From the NCBI GenBank assembly GCA_965248925.1, contig CBDFLE010000006.1, positions 4,096,001 to 4,160,000 of the forward strand: DNA of 64,000 bases. The letters are read 5' to 3'. The DNA comes from Candidatus Multivoradales bacterium (GTDB taxonomy: Bacteria; Acidobacteriota; Thermoanaerobaculia; Multivoradales; J023). This document shows positions 29,227 to 38,872 of the stretch, one piece after another. The notes under the pieces were generated by a model. It searched no databases, was not told where the DNA came from, and worked only from the letters and a program-made list of their open reading frames with translations. The translations under genes and the position numbers were made by a program. The stretch's first letter is position 1. Each line of letters starts with the position of its first letter.

Positions 29227-29976
29227 CTATCTTCCCCCCGTGTGGTCGCTCATGAATTGAGGCACTCCCTCATGGGCGTCGCTAGGTTCAAGAATCAAGC
29301 CCTTTCGCCCTCCTTTTTCGCCTTTGCCAACGACGTAGATTGATGAGACTGCACATTCTTCGGCAGCTTGGAAGGCGCCGATCGACATGGGCACCGTGCC
29401 GCCTGTGGTGTCGACAAAAATGCGGTGGCGGTGAATGCCAAGACGCTTGAAACGGTCAACGAAGTGCAGTGCCATTCGCCGGCTGTCTTCTGGATTGTGC
29501 GGATCATCAAGCCAGAAACCGCCGCGGTCGATCTCGGCAACTGGCGGGTAGATCTCTACCCGATCGGCGAAGCTGCGAGCCAACTTGGCGGCGATCTTCT
29601 GAGTTTGTTCAGTGTATAGAAATGCCACGCGCTCGGGCTGTAGGTGACGCAAGATCCACTCCGGCTGCTCGCGGCGGCTGACCGGGACCACCATCGCATC
29701 GACCTGCTGTTCGAGGATTGCAAGCCGAACGCCTGCGTTGGCGAACTCACGGCGTCGCACCCAGCGCCGCACTAGACGGCGCACCGAGCCGCGTTCGATC
29801 AAGGCGAGTAGAAACCCCGCCGCACCTAGACAACTCCAGGCGAAGCTGAGCAGGATTCCGGCATGATCGAAGGCATCAATCCAACCCGGCGAAAAAAGCT
29901 TGGAGAAGAGGACCGCCGCAGTGGCAATTGCCAGGAAGAAAGCAGCGGTCAGTAGGATTGTGCGTAGCTTGGGCAT
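29227..29976 (-). CDS. Two-TM plus CARF domain effector (Cam1-like)
   Basis: Two N-terminal hydrophobic helices; CARF-type VVPVS, VAFLYT and IFVDTTGGTVPMSIGAF motifs; directly after cmr6. Confidence 0.85.
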   Translation of the reverse strand: MPKLRTILLTAAFFLAIATAAVLFSKLFSPGWIDAFDHAGILLSFAWSCLGAAGFLLALIERGSVRRLVRRWVRRREFANAGVRLAILEQQVDAMVVPVSRREQPEWILRHLQPERVAFLYTEQTQKIAAKLARSFADRVEIYPPVAEIDRGGFWLDDPHNPEDSRRMALHFVDRFKRLGIHRHRIFVDTTGGTVPMSIGAFQAAEECAVSSIYVVGKGEKGGRKGLILEPSDAHEGVPQFMSDHTGGR

Positions 29977-29990
29977 GATCCTACTCCCGC

Positions 29991-31130
29991 TCAGGGTTTT
30001 TCACCCAACAGGCGGATGATCTTGAGAGTCCGCATATGCGGCTTGTCGTTTCGCGCTTTGCCCAGAAGGCGCGGGCGCCAGTGATCTTGCGCCAGCATCA
30101 GTTCCTTTGCCTTGCGGGCGGCGCGCAGTAGCTCGTCGCCCTGCCAGGTGTTCTTGTAAAGCCCCTCGACAATCAACTCGTAGTCGGGCTTCTTGCGGCG
30201 AATCGCTTTTTCGGCGAGCTTGGCGAGGGAGCGGTCGAAAGGATCGAGGGCGGCATATCCGGCGTGGCGTTCCTGGGTGTCGAGCTGTCGTTCGAGCCTG
30301 GAGAGGATTCTCTTGTCTCCGGGAATCAGCTGGCCATAACCTGCCGCGGTCTTGGCGCCAGCTCCCAGCAGGTCAAGGGCCTGGCGCATCTCTGCAAAAG
30401 CCGCCGGCACCTCGGCACGGGCTGTCTCCGTGCGGGCCGCTATCTGGACGAGGAATGATGGCTGCTTGGCCACCAGGAACTTCACCGGGTTGGGACTGTG
30501 AAAATCCCCAGGCAGAAGCTCGGCGGAGTCGGCCGAATCGATCTCCTCGATTTGATCACCGCGCTCGTACCACTTGCCCATGTGCGGTGTCATCACATCT
30601 ACTACCAGCGATGGTGCGGTGATCGGTAGTGCATCGAAGAAGATCAGATCGCCGGCTCGATCGGGCTTGCCGGGTTGCTCGGGCTCACCCAACCAGCGGC
30701 GACGGCGCTCTTGGCATAGCTCAGCGGTTTCTCCGGACCATTCCTCGAGCCACCCCCGCAGTATGCCCTTGACCGCCGTGCCGGTCAGATAGGGGACTCC
30801 CAGCGTAGGGTGCCAGGCAAAACCATTCTCCAGCGGGTGCGGCAGACCGAGGCCGGATGCGAAGTGCCAGCTGGCCTGAAGCTCACGGCTCTCGGCCCCG
30901 AGCGAACGGCCCAGACGCAGCAGGCGTAGGGCCGTCGCTTCGGGTAGCTCCGTGTCGCTACAGGTGGCCTGTGCCAAGTCTCTAAGCCAGTGATTCTTGG
31001 TGTCGGGATCGTCGAGAGTCCAACCTTCTTCATAGCGAAAGAAGCGGCTGTGCCAGAGGCCCAGATGGGCGCCGGCCGGTGGTCTGTTGGGAGCGCCATG
31101 GCCACGGTATAGGGGCAGCTCAGTCATCAC
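29991..31130 (-). CDS. cmr6: Type III-B RAMP Cmr6
   Basis: GLGLPHPLENGFAWHPTLGVPYLTGTAVKG, FFDALP, DVMTPH, PNPVKFL, GAGAKTAAGYG. Confidence 0.96.
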   Translation of the reverse strand: MMTELPLYRGHGAPNRPPAGAHLGLWHSRFFRYEEGWTLDDPDTKNHWLRDLAQATCSDTELPEATALRLLRLGRSLGAESRELQASWHFASGLGLPHPLENGFAWHPTLGVPYLTGTAVKGILRGWLEEWSGETAELCQERRRRWLGEPEQPGKPDRAGDLIFFDALPITAPSLVVDVMTPHMGKWYERGDQIEEIDSADSAELLPGDFHSPNPVKFLVAKQPSFLVQIAARTETARAEVPAAFAEMRQALDLLGAGAKTAAGYGQLIPGDKRILSRLERQLDTQERHAGYAALDPFDRSLAKLAEKAIRRKKPDYELIVEGLYKNTWQGDELLRAARKAKELMLAQDHWRPRLLGKARNDKPHMRTLKIIRLLGEKP

Positions 31131-31548
31131 TGGCCTCCTCGCTCTCTGACTGGTTGTCCTCGTCCAAGAAGGCTGTTGCGAATTTGCGCACCCACTCCAT
31201 CAGGGCCATGGCCTCGGTTTGGGCGACCCGATAGTGAAACATCTTGGTCTTGGTGATGCCGGTCAGCAGATCGTCGTATTCCTCCAGAGGCTGGCCGGCC
31301 TGTGTCATCCACTCCGAGACAATGTTGTACAGCTCGCCGTGACTGCCGCCCTTCATTTTGCTGAAAGCAGCTGCCTGGCCGAGCCCATTCATGCGAATCA
31401 TGGCTGGCAACTCTTGGGCGTAGGCGCGAAACTCCTTGGCCTTGAGTTCGTTCGCGGCGATCTTCGTATTGACGGTGTTGATGATCCGTTTGAGGGCGAA
31501 CGCTGCGCGTCGCTGTTCGATGGTTTGCGGTACGGCTGCGGGGTCCAT
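31120..31548 (-). CDS. cmr5: Type III-B small subunit Cmr5
   Basis: TIEQRRAAFA, LPAMIRMNGLGQAAAF, YRVAQTEAMALMEWVRKFA. Confidence 0.93.
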   Translation of the reverse strand: MDPAAVPQTIEQRRAAFALKRIINTVNTKIAANELKAKEFRAYAQELPAMIRMNGLGQAAAFSKMKGGSHGELYNIVSEWMTQAGQPLEEYDDLLTGITKTKMFHYRVAQTEAMALMEWVRKFATAFLDEDNQSESEEASDD

Positions 31549-31550
31549 GC

Positions 31551-32429
31551 TCAGCCCTCCACGGTGGGGAGTTGAACTCGGCACCAGCCCATGCCAACGG
31601 TTTCGTTACCTCCGAGCTGTAGGTAAGGCTGCTCGCCGAAGAGCTGAGCTAGGGTTTCACTCAGCACCTGAGCCGAACTCTTCTTCAGATCGCTACGCGA
31701 GGCCCACGCGGCCAGCGCTACGTAGAGCAGAGTGTCTGGCGGCAGGGTTTCCTCATACCAGAGGGCGCCGGATTCCACCGTCTTCGTCTTGTTGTCGATC
31801 CGCACATGCGCTGCCACAGGAACCGCGAAGCGGGCCAGATATCCGAACAGGTCGTCGTCGACGACGGCCAGCTGCTCGCTCAAGCGATCTCCAGCTTGGG
31901 GATCGGGGAACAGGTCGGCGAGCTCCCCTATCACGCTAGTGAGATCCCCGGTGACGACCTCCAGGCGAAACTCCTCGAGGAAGAGCAGGCTGTCGCTACT
32001 ACCAGCTGGCAGTATTGCCTTGTCAACGGCTGGCAGGGGTAGAGCTTCGGTGGCGGGACTGCCGCCGAGCCGTTGCCGATCTTCGCGCAGGCGGCGCAGC
32101 AAGGCCGGGCAGGTGACCCATTTGAAGTGACCGGTGAGTGAGCGAACCGGCAGCAGCACGAGCCGAGCGTCGCCGACGATCAGGGCGCCAGCGTGGTCGG
32201 ATGCGTTGTCGGTGTCAGGACCGAAGATCGACCAGCGCAGGTCTTTGGGCATCTGACGATCTTCGGCGCGGGCGCGGAGCGCTCCTTTGACCGCGCTGCC
32301 GTAGACACACGGCCAGTCGGTGTGTGCCTCGCGCTGGATGGGCAAGTCAATAGGTCCGGCGCTGTGGCCGGCGCCGGCGTGGATCGAGGTTTCGGCCAGC
32401 AGGCCGAGGATGGCGGTGGGTTGTTTCAC
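31551..32429 (-). CDS. cmr4: Type III-B RAMP Cmr4 (target RNase)
   Basis: ETSIHAGAG, IDLPIQRE (catalytic Asp), GSAVKGALR, DARLVLLPVRS, ALWYEETLP, LQLGGNETVGMG. Confidence 0.96.
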   Translation of the reverse strand: MKQPTAILGLLAETSIHAGAGHSAGPIDLPIQREAHTDWPCVYGSAVKGALRARAEDRQMPKDLRWSIFGPDTDNASDHAGALIVGDARLVLLPVRSLTGHFKWVTCPALLRRLREDRQRLGGSPATEALPLPAVDKAILPAGSSDSLLFLEEFRLEVVTGDLTSVIGELADLFPDPQAGDRLSEQLAVVDDDLFGYLARFAVPVAAHVRIDNKTKTVESGALWYEETLPPDTLLYVALAAWASRSDLKKSSAQVLSETLAQLFGEQPYLQLGGNETVGMGWCRVQLPTVEG

Positions 32430-32470
32430 GATTGCGGACTCCTTGATTGAGTGATCGGATTGGTTGGGGC

Positions 32471-33676
32471 TCAGTCGGCCCACAAGCCCACGGCTAACAG
32501 ACCGCGGCCGAGTTGGGTGTCATAGCCAATCGATGTGCCGTGGAGGATGGCGATGGCTTCGTCGATGGCGCCCTCGTCGACTGTGCATAGCCAGACACTG
32601 CCGGCGGGCACCAGGCTGCGGACTGGGTGCGATCGATGATTGGCGAGATCCCAGCCGCCTTCGCGAATGGGTTTGCCGAGGATTGCTGAGTGCAAGGTCA
32701 GAGGGACCTGCAGAGCGATGGACTCACCTCGCCGGGGTTCGGCGTCGCAGCGGGTGTTCCAGATCTCGGGATCGAAGCCGGGAGCTGGATTCAGTCCCTC
32801 CGGCCGCCAACGGCAGCGACCGAAGTCGGCATGGGTCAGCAGGCACAGTGCCAGCCAGCGTTGACCTGGCTCTGGCCGAGGAGCGTGGGGGAGCTTGGCC
32901 GTTTGGTCTCTGACACTCACCATCGCCATTCGGCCTTCGCCGCCGAATCGCACCGGTGATCGCGGTTGGTGGAGTCGGGGGTTAACCTTGTCAGCCCGCA
33001 ACTCGACGTCTATTTCTACTGCCAGCTGGTGGTTAGGTCGCAGGTGGCGAGTCTGATAGAGCAGCCCTTCTTTAACGGTGCGCAGTGCATTCTCACGGGC
33101 GATCCCGAGCCGTGGCTCTTCGGGTACCAGTGGTGCGAGCAGGACGACATCGTCGCTGGCAGGTAGCTCGCCTGCCAGCGTTTGTCGCAGGCCCTGAAGG
33201 GTTAGCCAAGCACGGTCGAGAGGCTTGGCATGGTCTCCAGTAGGTAGTTGCGGCAGGCGAACTCTGCCCAAGTCACACTTCTCTGCTGAACCCAAAGCGA
33301 GACGGACGATTCCCTGCTTGCCCTCGCCGCGTGACATCAGAAAGGCCGGAGCGGGGAAGAGGCGTTCGGTGGTGCCGCTGTCGTTGCGCCGGGTGAGCCA
33401 AGGGCCAGCGAAGTGCAGCGAACCGAGGTCGTCGCCAAAACCTATCCAGCCTTGCAGGCTGCCGCCGGATGGCCCGGCCTGGTCCTTGGCGACGCGGAAG
33501 TCATTCCAATTAACCCCGACGCTCTCGCCCATCAGGAATCGGGTGGCTCCGGCAAGGGTCCGAGCCGGTGGTGGGAAGACGCTGCCGAGCTCTAAGCCGC
33601 CAACGACACCGTGGGGACGGGATTCGCGGAAGAACCAGGTGTCGTGGGCTTCGTAGCGCCAGGTCTCGACGGTCAT
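32471..33676 (-). CDS. cmr3: Type III-B Cmr3 (Cas5 family)
   Basis: DTWFFRESRP, FPPPARTLAGA, EPRLGI, RFGGEGR, GGWDL, PAGSVW, LGRG. Confidence 0.95.
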   Translation of the reverse strand: MTVETWRYEAHDTWFFRESRPHGVVGGLELGSVFPPPARTLAGATRFLMGESVGVNWNDFRVAKDQAGPSGGSLQGWIGFGDDLGSLHFAGPWLTRRNDSGTTERLFPAPAFLMSRGEGKQGIVRLALGSAEKCDLGRVRLPQLPTGDHAKPLDRAWLTLQGLRQTLAGELPASDDVVLLAPLVPEEPRLGIARENALRTVKEGLLYQTRHLRPNHQLAVEIDVELRADKVNPRLHQPRSPVRFGGEGRMAMVSVRDQTAKLPHAPRPEPGQRWLALCLLTHADFGRCRWRPEGLNPAPGFDPEIWNTRCDAEPRRGESIALQVPLTLHSAILGKPIREGGWDLANHRSHPVRSLVPAGSVWLCTVDEGAIDEAIAILHGTSIGYDTQLGRGLLAVGLWAD

Positions 33677-35670
33677 GCCTCTACCCCCTTGCGGGCCAGA
33701 AAGCGCACTAGCAGCGCGCCGTCGGCCTGGAGTTGATCGGTGATCTCGAAGGTAACGTCATCCTTTGGTGGGTCATTGTTCACATGCCTGATTTGCGGGC
33801 GGCATTGCCGCAGCAAACGCTCCACGGTCGGCTGTACCTGATCCGTCGTCGGCCTCTTTTCGCCATGGACTCCGGAACTGATGTATTCGGCTGTCATCAG
33901 TTTGAGGGCCTGTTCAGAAGTGAGATGCTCTTGATCCGTGTGGCGTGGATTGAGCAGTGCGAAGAGTTCACGGATGCGATAGAAGAAACGGCTTGAGAAA
34001 ACACTCTCTTCCGGTTGCTTAGGTCTACCAGACTCATTTCCCGAGGGACTCCGTAGTTCGTCTACCAATGCTTCCAGCACCAGCCGTTGATCCTTGCCTT
34101 CGACCGGCTCGTCGAGAGCCGCTTCCCAGGGCATCGCCCAGGCCATGAGCTGACCGCCAGGTGCCCAGACCCGCACTGCCAGAGAATCGCGACCACAGCC
34201 ATCCTTGGCGACGTTGTCCAGCAGGTGGTGGGAGTTGCTCAGCACTCTGCTCAGCGGCACCCGAAAGTGGGCGTATTCGATGGCGCCCGAGAGGGTGGAA
34301 CGTACAGGTTTGCCGACTGCGTCGACCTTGCTGGCGAAGCATGCTTCGTAGTGATCTCGCAGCTTACGAGCGCAGGGCATCGCTTGGTCCAGGGACAACA
34401 TTGCCAGGACATCATCGCCCCCGGCGTAGATCAGAAACCCGCTTTGGGCGTCGACGATTTTCTTGACCTGACCAGTGAACTTCCCCAATGCCTTGCTGAT
34501 GGGTTCTTGCCGGTCGACAATCGACATCTGCTTGCCGAGCGCGTCACCGTCCATTCGCAGGATCGAGTAGTAGGGAGATGGATGGGCGATGTCTTTTGCC
34601 CTGGCTTGATCACGCAGCACTTCGAGGGCTTCGCGGGCGTGTTTCTTGGTCTCCTCAGGAACGTCTTTGAAGAGGTTCGGGTTGAGCAGGGTTTCCTTGA
34701 AGAATAGCGAGCCATCGAGTGAGCGGAAGAAGTGGGCGGGGGCGCCGCTCGTCTTTCCGGCTTGGCGCAGGCACTCGAGATCGATCTTCCATTCGCCGTA
34801 GTTACCGGTGACTTCCCGGGCAGCTAGGGTGAAGGTTTCGACCGCCGAGGGATCAATTTTCTGGCTGACGATCTGTTCGATCCAGGGCACCGCCGCCAAG
34901 TAGGCCACCGATGGGACGGCGGTGGGGAGTTTCCAGCCTCGCAGCATCCAGCCTCCCGGCATTTCAGCCTTGAGGCATTTGAAGTGACGAGCGAACCGCC
35001 GCTTGACAAAGGCCATGGCACAGAGCTGCTCGCCCTCACGAAAGTCGGTGGTGTTGCAGCTCTGCGCGATACTCTTCCAGAACTCCTTGCGGCGGTCGCG
35101 GTCGTCTTTACCTTCGCCCTGGATCCCCGAGAGTTCTTGCCAGCCGTCCATCACCAGGCATTTGGCCCCTGGTTCGTCGGGCGCCAGGTGGTTACGCCAG
35201 TTCTTGCGCCGGTCGATCAGGTCGCTGTGCTGATCATCAGGTGCTACCGCCCAGTAGATCTCCCAGAAACTCTTGACTTGACGATTCCAGATTCTACGAC
35301 TTTCGGATTCCTCACCTAGCGCTGCGAGATCTCTCTTCCAAAGTTCCTCTGCAAGTTGGTGCCAGGCTTCGCGTACAGTTTCCGCGATGCGCTTTGCAAC
35401 GAATCCTTCTTCTATCTTTGCTTTGAATCGATTCGGTACGGACCCTTGGGTAGGTGAGAACTTCGCCTTGTTTCCCTGCGTCAGGCACTTGATGAATTCC
35501 GGGTCTGGGGCGGGGAAGGTGATCCTGCCATCCTGCTGTTGCACAGCTTTCATCGCGACCGCAGATAGAAACGAGAGGATGAATGACCCAGCCCAAAAAT
35601 CGCGAGTCCTTCTGGCTTGCTCGACGAAACTCTGAACTGGTCCGATGGTGAAGTGAAAGTGCTGGCTCAC
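33673..35670 (-). CDS. cas10: Cas10/Cmr2 lacking an HD domain, intact cyclase Palm motif
   Basis: Starts at FHFTIGPVQSFVEQARRTRDFWAGSFILS; YYSILRMDGDALGK; IYAGGDDVL; only 665 aa. Confidence 0.96.
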   Translation of the reverse strand: MSQHFHFTIGPVQSFVEQARRTRDFWAGSFILSFLSAVAMKAVQQQDGRITFPAPDPEFIKCLTQGNKAKFSPTQGSVPNRFKAKIEEGFVAKRIAETVREAWHQLAEELWKRDLAALGEESESRRIWNRQVKSFWEIYWAVAPDDQHSDLIDRRKNWRNHLAPDEPGAKCLVMDGWQELSGIQGEGKDDRDRRKEFWKSIAQSCNTTDFREGEQLCAMAFVKRRFARHFKCLKAEMPGGWMLRGWKLPTAVPSVAYLAAVPWIEQIVSQKIDPSAVETFTLAAREVTGNYGEWKIDLECLRQAGKTSGAPAHFFRSLDGSLFFKETLLNPNLFKDVPEETKKHAREALEVLRDQARAKDIAHPSPYYSILRMDGDALGKQMSIVDRQEPISKALGKFTGQVKKIVDAQSGFLIYAGGDDVLAMLSLDQAMPCARKLRDHYEACFASKVDAVGKPVRSTLSGAIEYAHFRVPLSRVLSNSHHLLDNVAKDGCGRDSLAVRVWAPGGQLMAWAMPWEAALDEPVEGKDQRLVLEALVDELRSPSGNESGRPKQPEESVFSSRFFYRIRELFALLNPRHTDQEHLTSEQALKLMTAEYISSGVHGEKRPTTDQVQPTVERLLRQCRPQIRHVNNDPPKDDVTFEITDQLQADGALLVRFLARKGVEA

Positions 35671-36857
35671 GGCAGTAGGTCCTTTCGTTCCGAAAAGCGA
35701 TCGAGAAAGTCTGTGATGTGCTTGAAGTTGGGTTGAGGGACTAGGTCGGGAGTCCTTCCAGTGATCGAAATCTTGTCGCCGGATGGTAGAAAGATGGCTG
35801 GTAGAAGGGTGTGAAATGCAGCGTGACTTCCGTTGGGAAACTGATGAATGTGCAGCAAGAGAGGAGAAGCACGGCGAGCGCGCCGTTCGCCTGTGGGCTC
35901 CACTTCTAGCCTTCGTCTCGCTATTGGTATGTGTCCTGGCGAGGAGAAGAAGTAGTTGTGGGGCAAGCCGAATACGATACGGCCGGGTAGCTGCTCGGCA
36001 ACGCCTCCCATCATCGCTTTCTGCATTTCATTGTGATCATCCGGGAAGTTCTGTTCCGCTCTTTGGCCCAGGACCTTGTGGTATGAGTCTTGCGGCCGAC
36101 GAAGTCCCCAACTACGATAGAACATCATTTTTCTTCCGACACCCTCGAGTAGTTGCCAGCCATTCGCCGTTGAGGACTTGGTCGAGCAGTGGACCTTGCT
36201 CATCTTGGAAAAGGCGGTTAGCGGAGGTAGATCGCTGCCGAGGTCGGGCAGATTGTCGTTGAGTTGTAATTTCAGCTCATCAAGGGTTCTCGGAATCTTT
36301 ATCGCAGCTCCTTCTAATGACTCCAGTACGACACTGCCCATTCCATGGCGTGAGCGACTGCCGAGCCCACCCAGCATTCCCCACAGCCATAGGGCTCTTG
36401 AGATGCTGGCGATCGATGCGTCATCTTTATTCCGCAAGCGAATACGGACTGTGAAAGAGGTGTCGGGCTTGAACGCTTTGCGTAGGCAGCGATCTCTGAA
36501 GTGGAACAGGCCCATTCCGAGGAGATACCCTTGGCCGGGTCCCGCGTCAGGCTTGTAGGTTGAGCCTCCTGTTGCGATCGACGTTCTGATCAACATGCGC
36601 TGCCCGCCTTGTTCTTCGCCACCTTCAATCTTGCTAGCCGCTCCAAACAGCCTTGTTTCCCGCTGATGCAGCTCGCACAGCGCCGCGGCTGGGTCCGCAT
36701 GCTCAACACAAACCCGCGGCCACTCCGAAGCCCGCCACCAAAACCGCAACGCTCCACGAATCGAAGGTGGTCGCAAGCTGCTCGGCTTCTGATCAGCGTC
36801 GCCGAGGAACATCGGCGTGGTTATCCGATAAGTCGCTGAGATCTCATGCCCTCTCAT
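35667..36857 (-). CDS. cmr1: Type III-B RAMP Cmr1
   Basis: ITTPMFLG, LRPPSIRGALRFWWRA, LFG, GGLGSRSRHGMG, FGLP, RRASPL. Confidence 0.95.
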   Translation of the reverse strand: MRGHEISATYRITTPMFLGDADQKPSSLRPPSIRGALRFWWRASEWPRVCVEHADPAAALCELHQRETRLFGAASKIEGGEEQGGQRMLIRTSIATGGSTYKPDAGPGQGYLLGMGLFHFRDRCLRKAFKPDTSFTVRIRLRNKDDASIASISRALWLWGMLGGLGSRSRHGMGSVVLESLEGAAIKIPRTLDELKLQLNDNLPDLGSDLPPLTAFSKMSKVHCSTKSSTANGWQLLEGVGRKMMFYRSWGLRRPQDSYHKVLGQRAEQNFPDDHNEMQKAMMGGVAEQLPGRIVFGLPHNYFFSSPGHIPIARRRLEVEPTGERRARRASPLLLHIHQFPNGSHAAFHTLLPAIFLPSGDKISITGRTPDLVPQPNFKHITDFLDRFSERKDLLP

Positions 36858-37897
36858 CGCCCCACCTCAACCTGCCCCAACCCAAACGCCGTACTCTTCC
36901 CCACATGCAGCACCTCTGCCGCCCTGAGCATTGGCCACAGCGGCTCGATCTCCCCATCAAGGTCAATCTCGCCAACAAAACCACCCATCGACAGATGGCG
37001 CTGCTGCCGATTGCTCCAGCGTTGCCAGGTTTCCCAACGCAGCCGCTCGGCGACGATCTCTATTTGGTCGGCGAGATCAAGATAGGGGCGGAAGGTCCAG
37101 TCAACCTCGATGCTGGGGCAGTGGAAGTGAGCCAGCTCGAGCTGGCGTCGCAGCATCTTGAAGGCCAAGGTGCGGAAGCTGTGGCAGCGCTCGATAACTT
37201 GGCTGTGGACTTTGAGCCGGCAGGGGGTGAGGAAGCGCAGGGTGATCGGTCCGCTGGGCGCCTTGCTGCTCGGCTGAGTGCTGGCGACTACCGGCTGCCA
37301 GCGGCGCTGGCGGCGTTGGTAGCCGCTTTGCCAGTGGCCGTCTCGGTCTTGCCAGCGCACTTCGTGCAGCTCGAAGGGCCAACGCTGACTACCAAGCCCG
37401 GCTTGGGCCATGCCGTCGATCGCCAACAAGACCTGACCCTGGAGCTCGGTGGCTTGGCCGATCAGCAGCAAGTCGAAGTCGAAGTGCTCGCCGGTGGCGA
37501 AGTCGCGACGCAGGTCTGAGGCTTCGATGACGTAGGGGCGGGGGGCGCTCACGGAGCCGCCGAGCAGCGGCGGCGGCTCGCCTTCGATGCGGTTTTCATA
37601 CATCCGGCTGTAGGCGCAGCCAAGGCGCAGGGCGCAGCTGGGACAGCGGGTGCCGGCGGGCTGGCTGCACACCAGGCGGCGCAGGGCATGGCCCAGGGCG
37701 CCGCGCAGCATGGAGCCTTTTTGGGTGTTGAGCCGCGCCGGCCGCTGGGCTTCGAGGGTGCATCGCAGCCGCAGGTGGGGAATGCTCGGTAGGGTGTAGG
37801 CCCGCGCCCAAGCTCTGGGGGCGTCGGACAGGGGTGGTGTCGAGACCTCAGCGGTCCGGCGGTCCGGGGCGACGGGTTGCAGGGGTTGAAGGCTCAT
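36854..37897 (-). CDS. cas6: crRNA-processing endoribonuclease Cas6
   Basis: GSMLRGALG, Cys cluster, PRPYVI, LRFLTP, C-terminal Gly loop HVGKSTAFGLG. Confidence 0.92.
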   Translation of the reverse strand: MSLQPLQPVAPDRRTAEVSTPPLSDAPRAWARAYTLPSIPHLRLRCTLEAQRPARLNTQKGSMLRGALGHALRRLVCSQPAGTRCPSCALRLGCAYSRMYENRIEGEPPPLLGGSVSAPRPYVIEASDLRRDFATGEHFDFDLLLIGQATELQGQVLLAIDGMAQAGLGSQRWPFELHEVRWQDRDGHWQSGYQRRQRRWQPVVASTQPSSKAPSGPITLRFLTPCRLKVHSQVIERCHSFRTLAFKMLRRQLELAHFHCPSIEVDWTFRPYLDLADQIEIVAERLRWETWQRWSNRQQRHLSMGGFVGEIDLDGEIEPLWPMLRAAEVLHVGKSTAFGLGQVEVGR

Positions 37898-38087
37898 GCG
37901 ATCGGTTTCCTCTCATGCCATGGGTGGCGCCCGGCCCGGCGGCCGGCGCCGGCCCAGGTCGATGGGCGAGCGGCGTCTCTTTTGAGGTAGACCCGATCGA
38001 GGGCGGGAGGGGTGGGGAGAACTTTCGCGATCGAGCTGCGAAGAATCAGGGCGATGTCGAGGCAGAGAAACGCTGAGGGGGGTCGAA

Positions 38088-38693
38088 CTAGTTAAGCAGC
38101 TCTTCGACTTCTTGCCAAAAGGCAGTGAGGCTGAGCTGAAGACCTTCGATCTTGGAGGAGCGGTAGAGGTCGCCCTGGGGAAGGAAGACCACGAAACGGC
38201 CTGGTTCGTTGACCTGGCCCTGGTTGATCAGAAAGTCGATCTGGCGCTCGGCCGGGTCGACGATCCAATACTCTTGCACTCCGCTCTCGGCGTAGAGGCG
38301 TAGCTTCTCACCGCGATCTCGTCGTGCGGTGCTCGGCGAAAGGATCTCGACCAACAACTCGGGTGCCCCTTCTAGCTTCTCACCCAACAGATGCTTGCTC
38401 TCGCCGGTGAGGTAGATCAGATCGGGCTGCACGACCGAATGCTCGGCCATGTGGACATCGAGGGGCGCGGTCAAGGTTAGGCCGCCGTGGGCACGGGCAA
38501 TGCGGTAGAGCTGCCTGGAAAGTACCAGTGCGACGACCTGATGTAGAGGAGATGGGCTCGGGCTCATGAAGATCCTTCCCAAGATCAGCTCGTAACGTTG
38601 CTCGTCCGGCAGCTCTGCGTAGTCCGCGCTACGGTAGGGGCCCAACTCGTCGGGCAGTGAGATCGGAATTTCCTTCAGGACTGCTGCGGCCAT
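38088..38693 (-). CDS. Uma2/DUF820 family PD-(D/E)XK endonuclease-like protein
   Basis: RYELILG, MSPSPSPLHQ, VQPDL, APELLVEILSPST, DRGEKLRLYAESGVQEYWIVDP. Confidence 0.92.
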   Translation of the reverse strand: MAAAVLKEIPISLPDELGPYRSADYAELPDEQRYELILGRIFMSPSPSPLHQVVALVLSRQLYRIARAHGGLTLTAPLDVHMAEHSVVQPDLIYLTGESKHLLGEKLEGAPELLVEILSPSTARRDRGEKLRLYAESGVQEYWIVDPAERQIDFLINQGQVNEPGRFVVFLPQGDLYRSSKIEGLQLSLTAFWQEVEELLN

Positions 38694-38872
38694 ACATGGA
38701 GTATACCTGAGCGCCTGGCGGCCCCTGTGCCACGGCTTTCAGGCAGAATTCCCCACCCGCGTCAGGTAAACTCCCCCGCAGCCGCCTTTGCAATCGATCT
38801 CATCTACATCGAGCGCAGTTCCGGAATGCCTGGCCCTGGTCGGCGGGCGTCCGGGTAGGGAGTCTGAAAAAT

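Noticed and set aside
38088-38693. Uma2 nuclease as a CRISPR effector
   Set aside because: No CARF/SAVED sensor, separated from cas6 by about 190 bp, and the family is typically abundant and scattered
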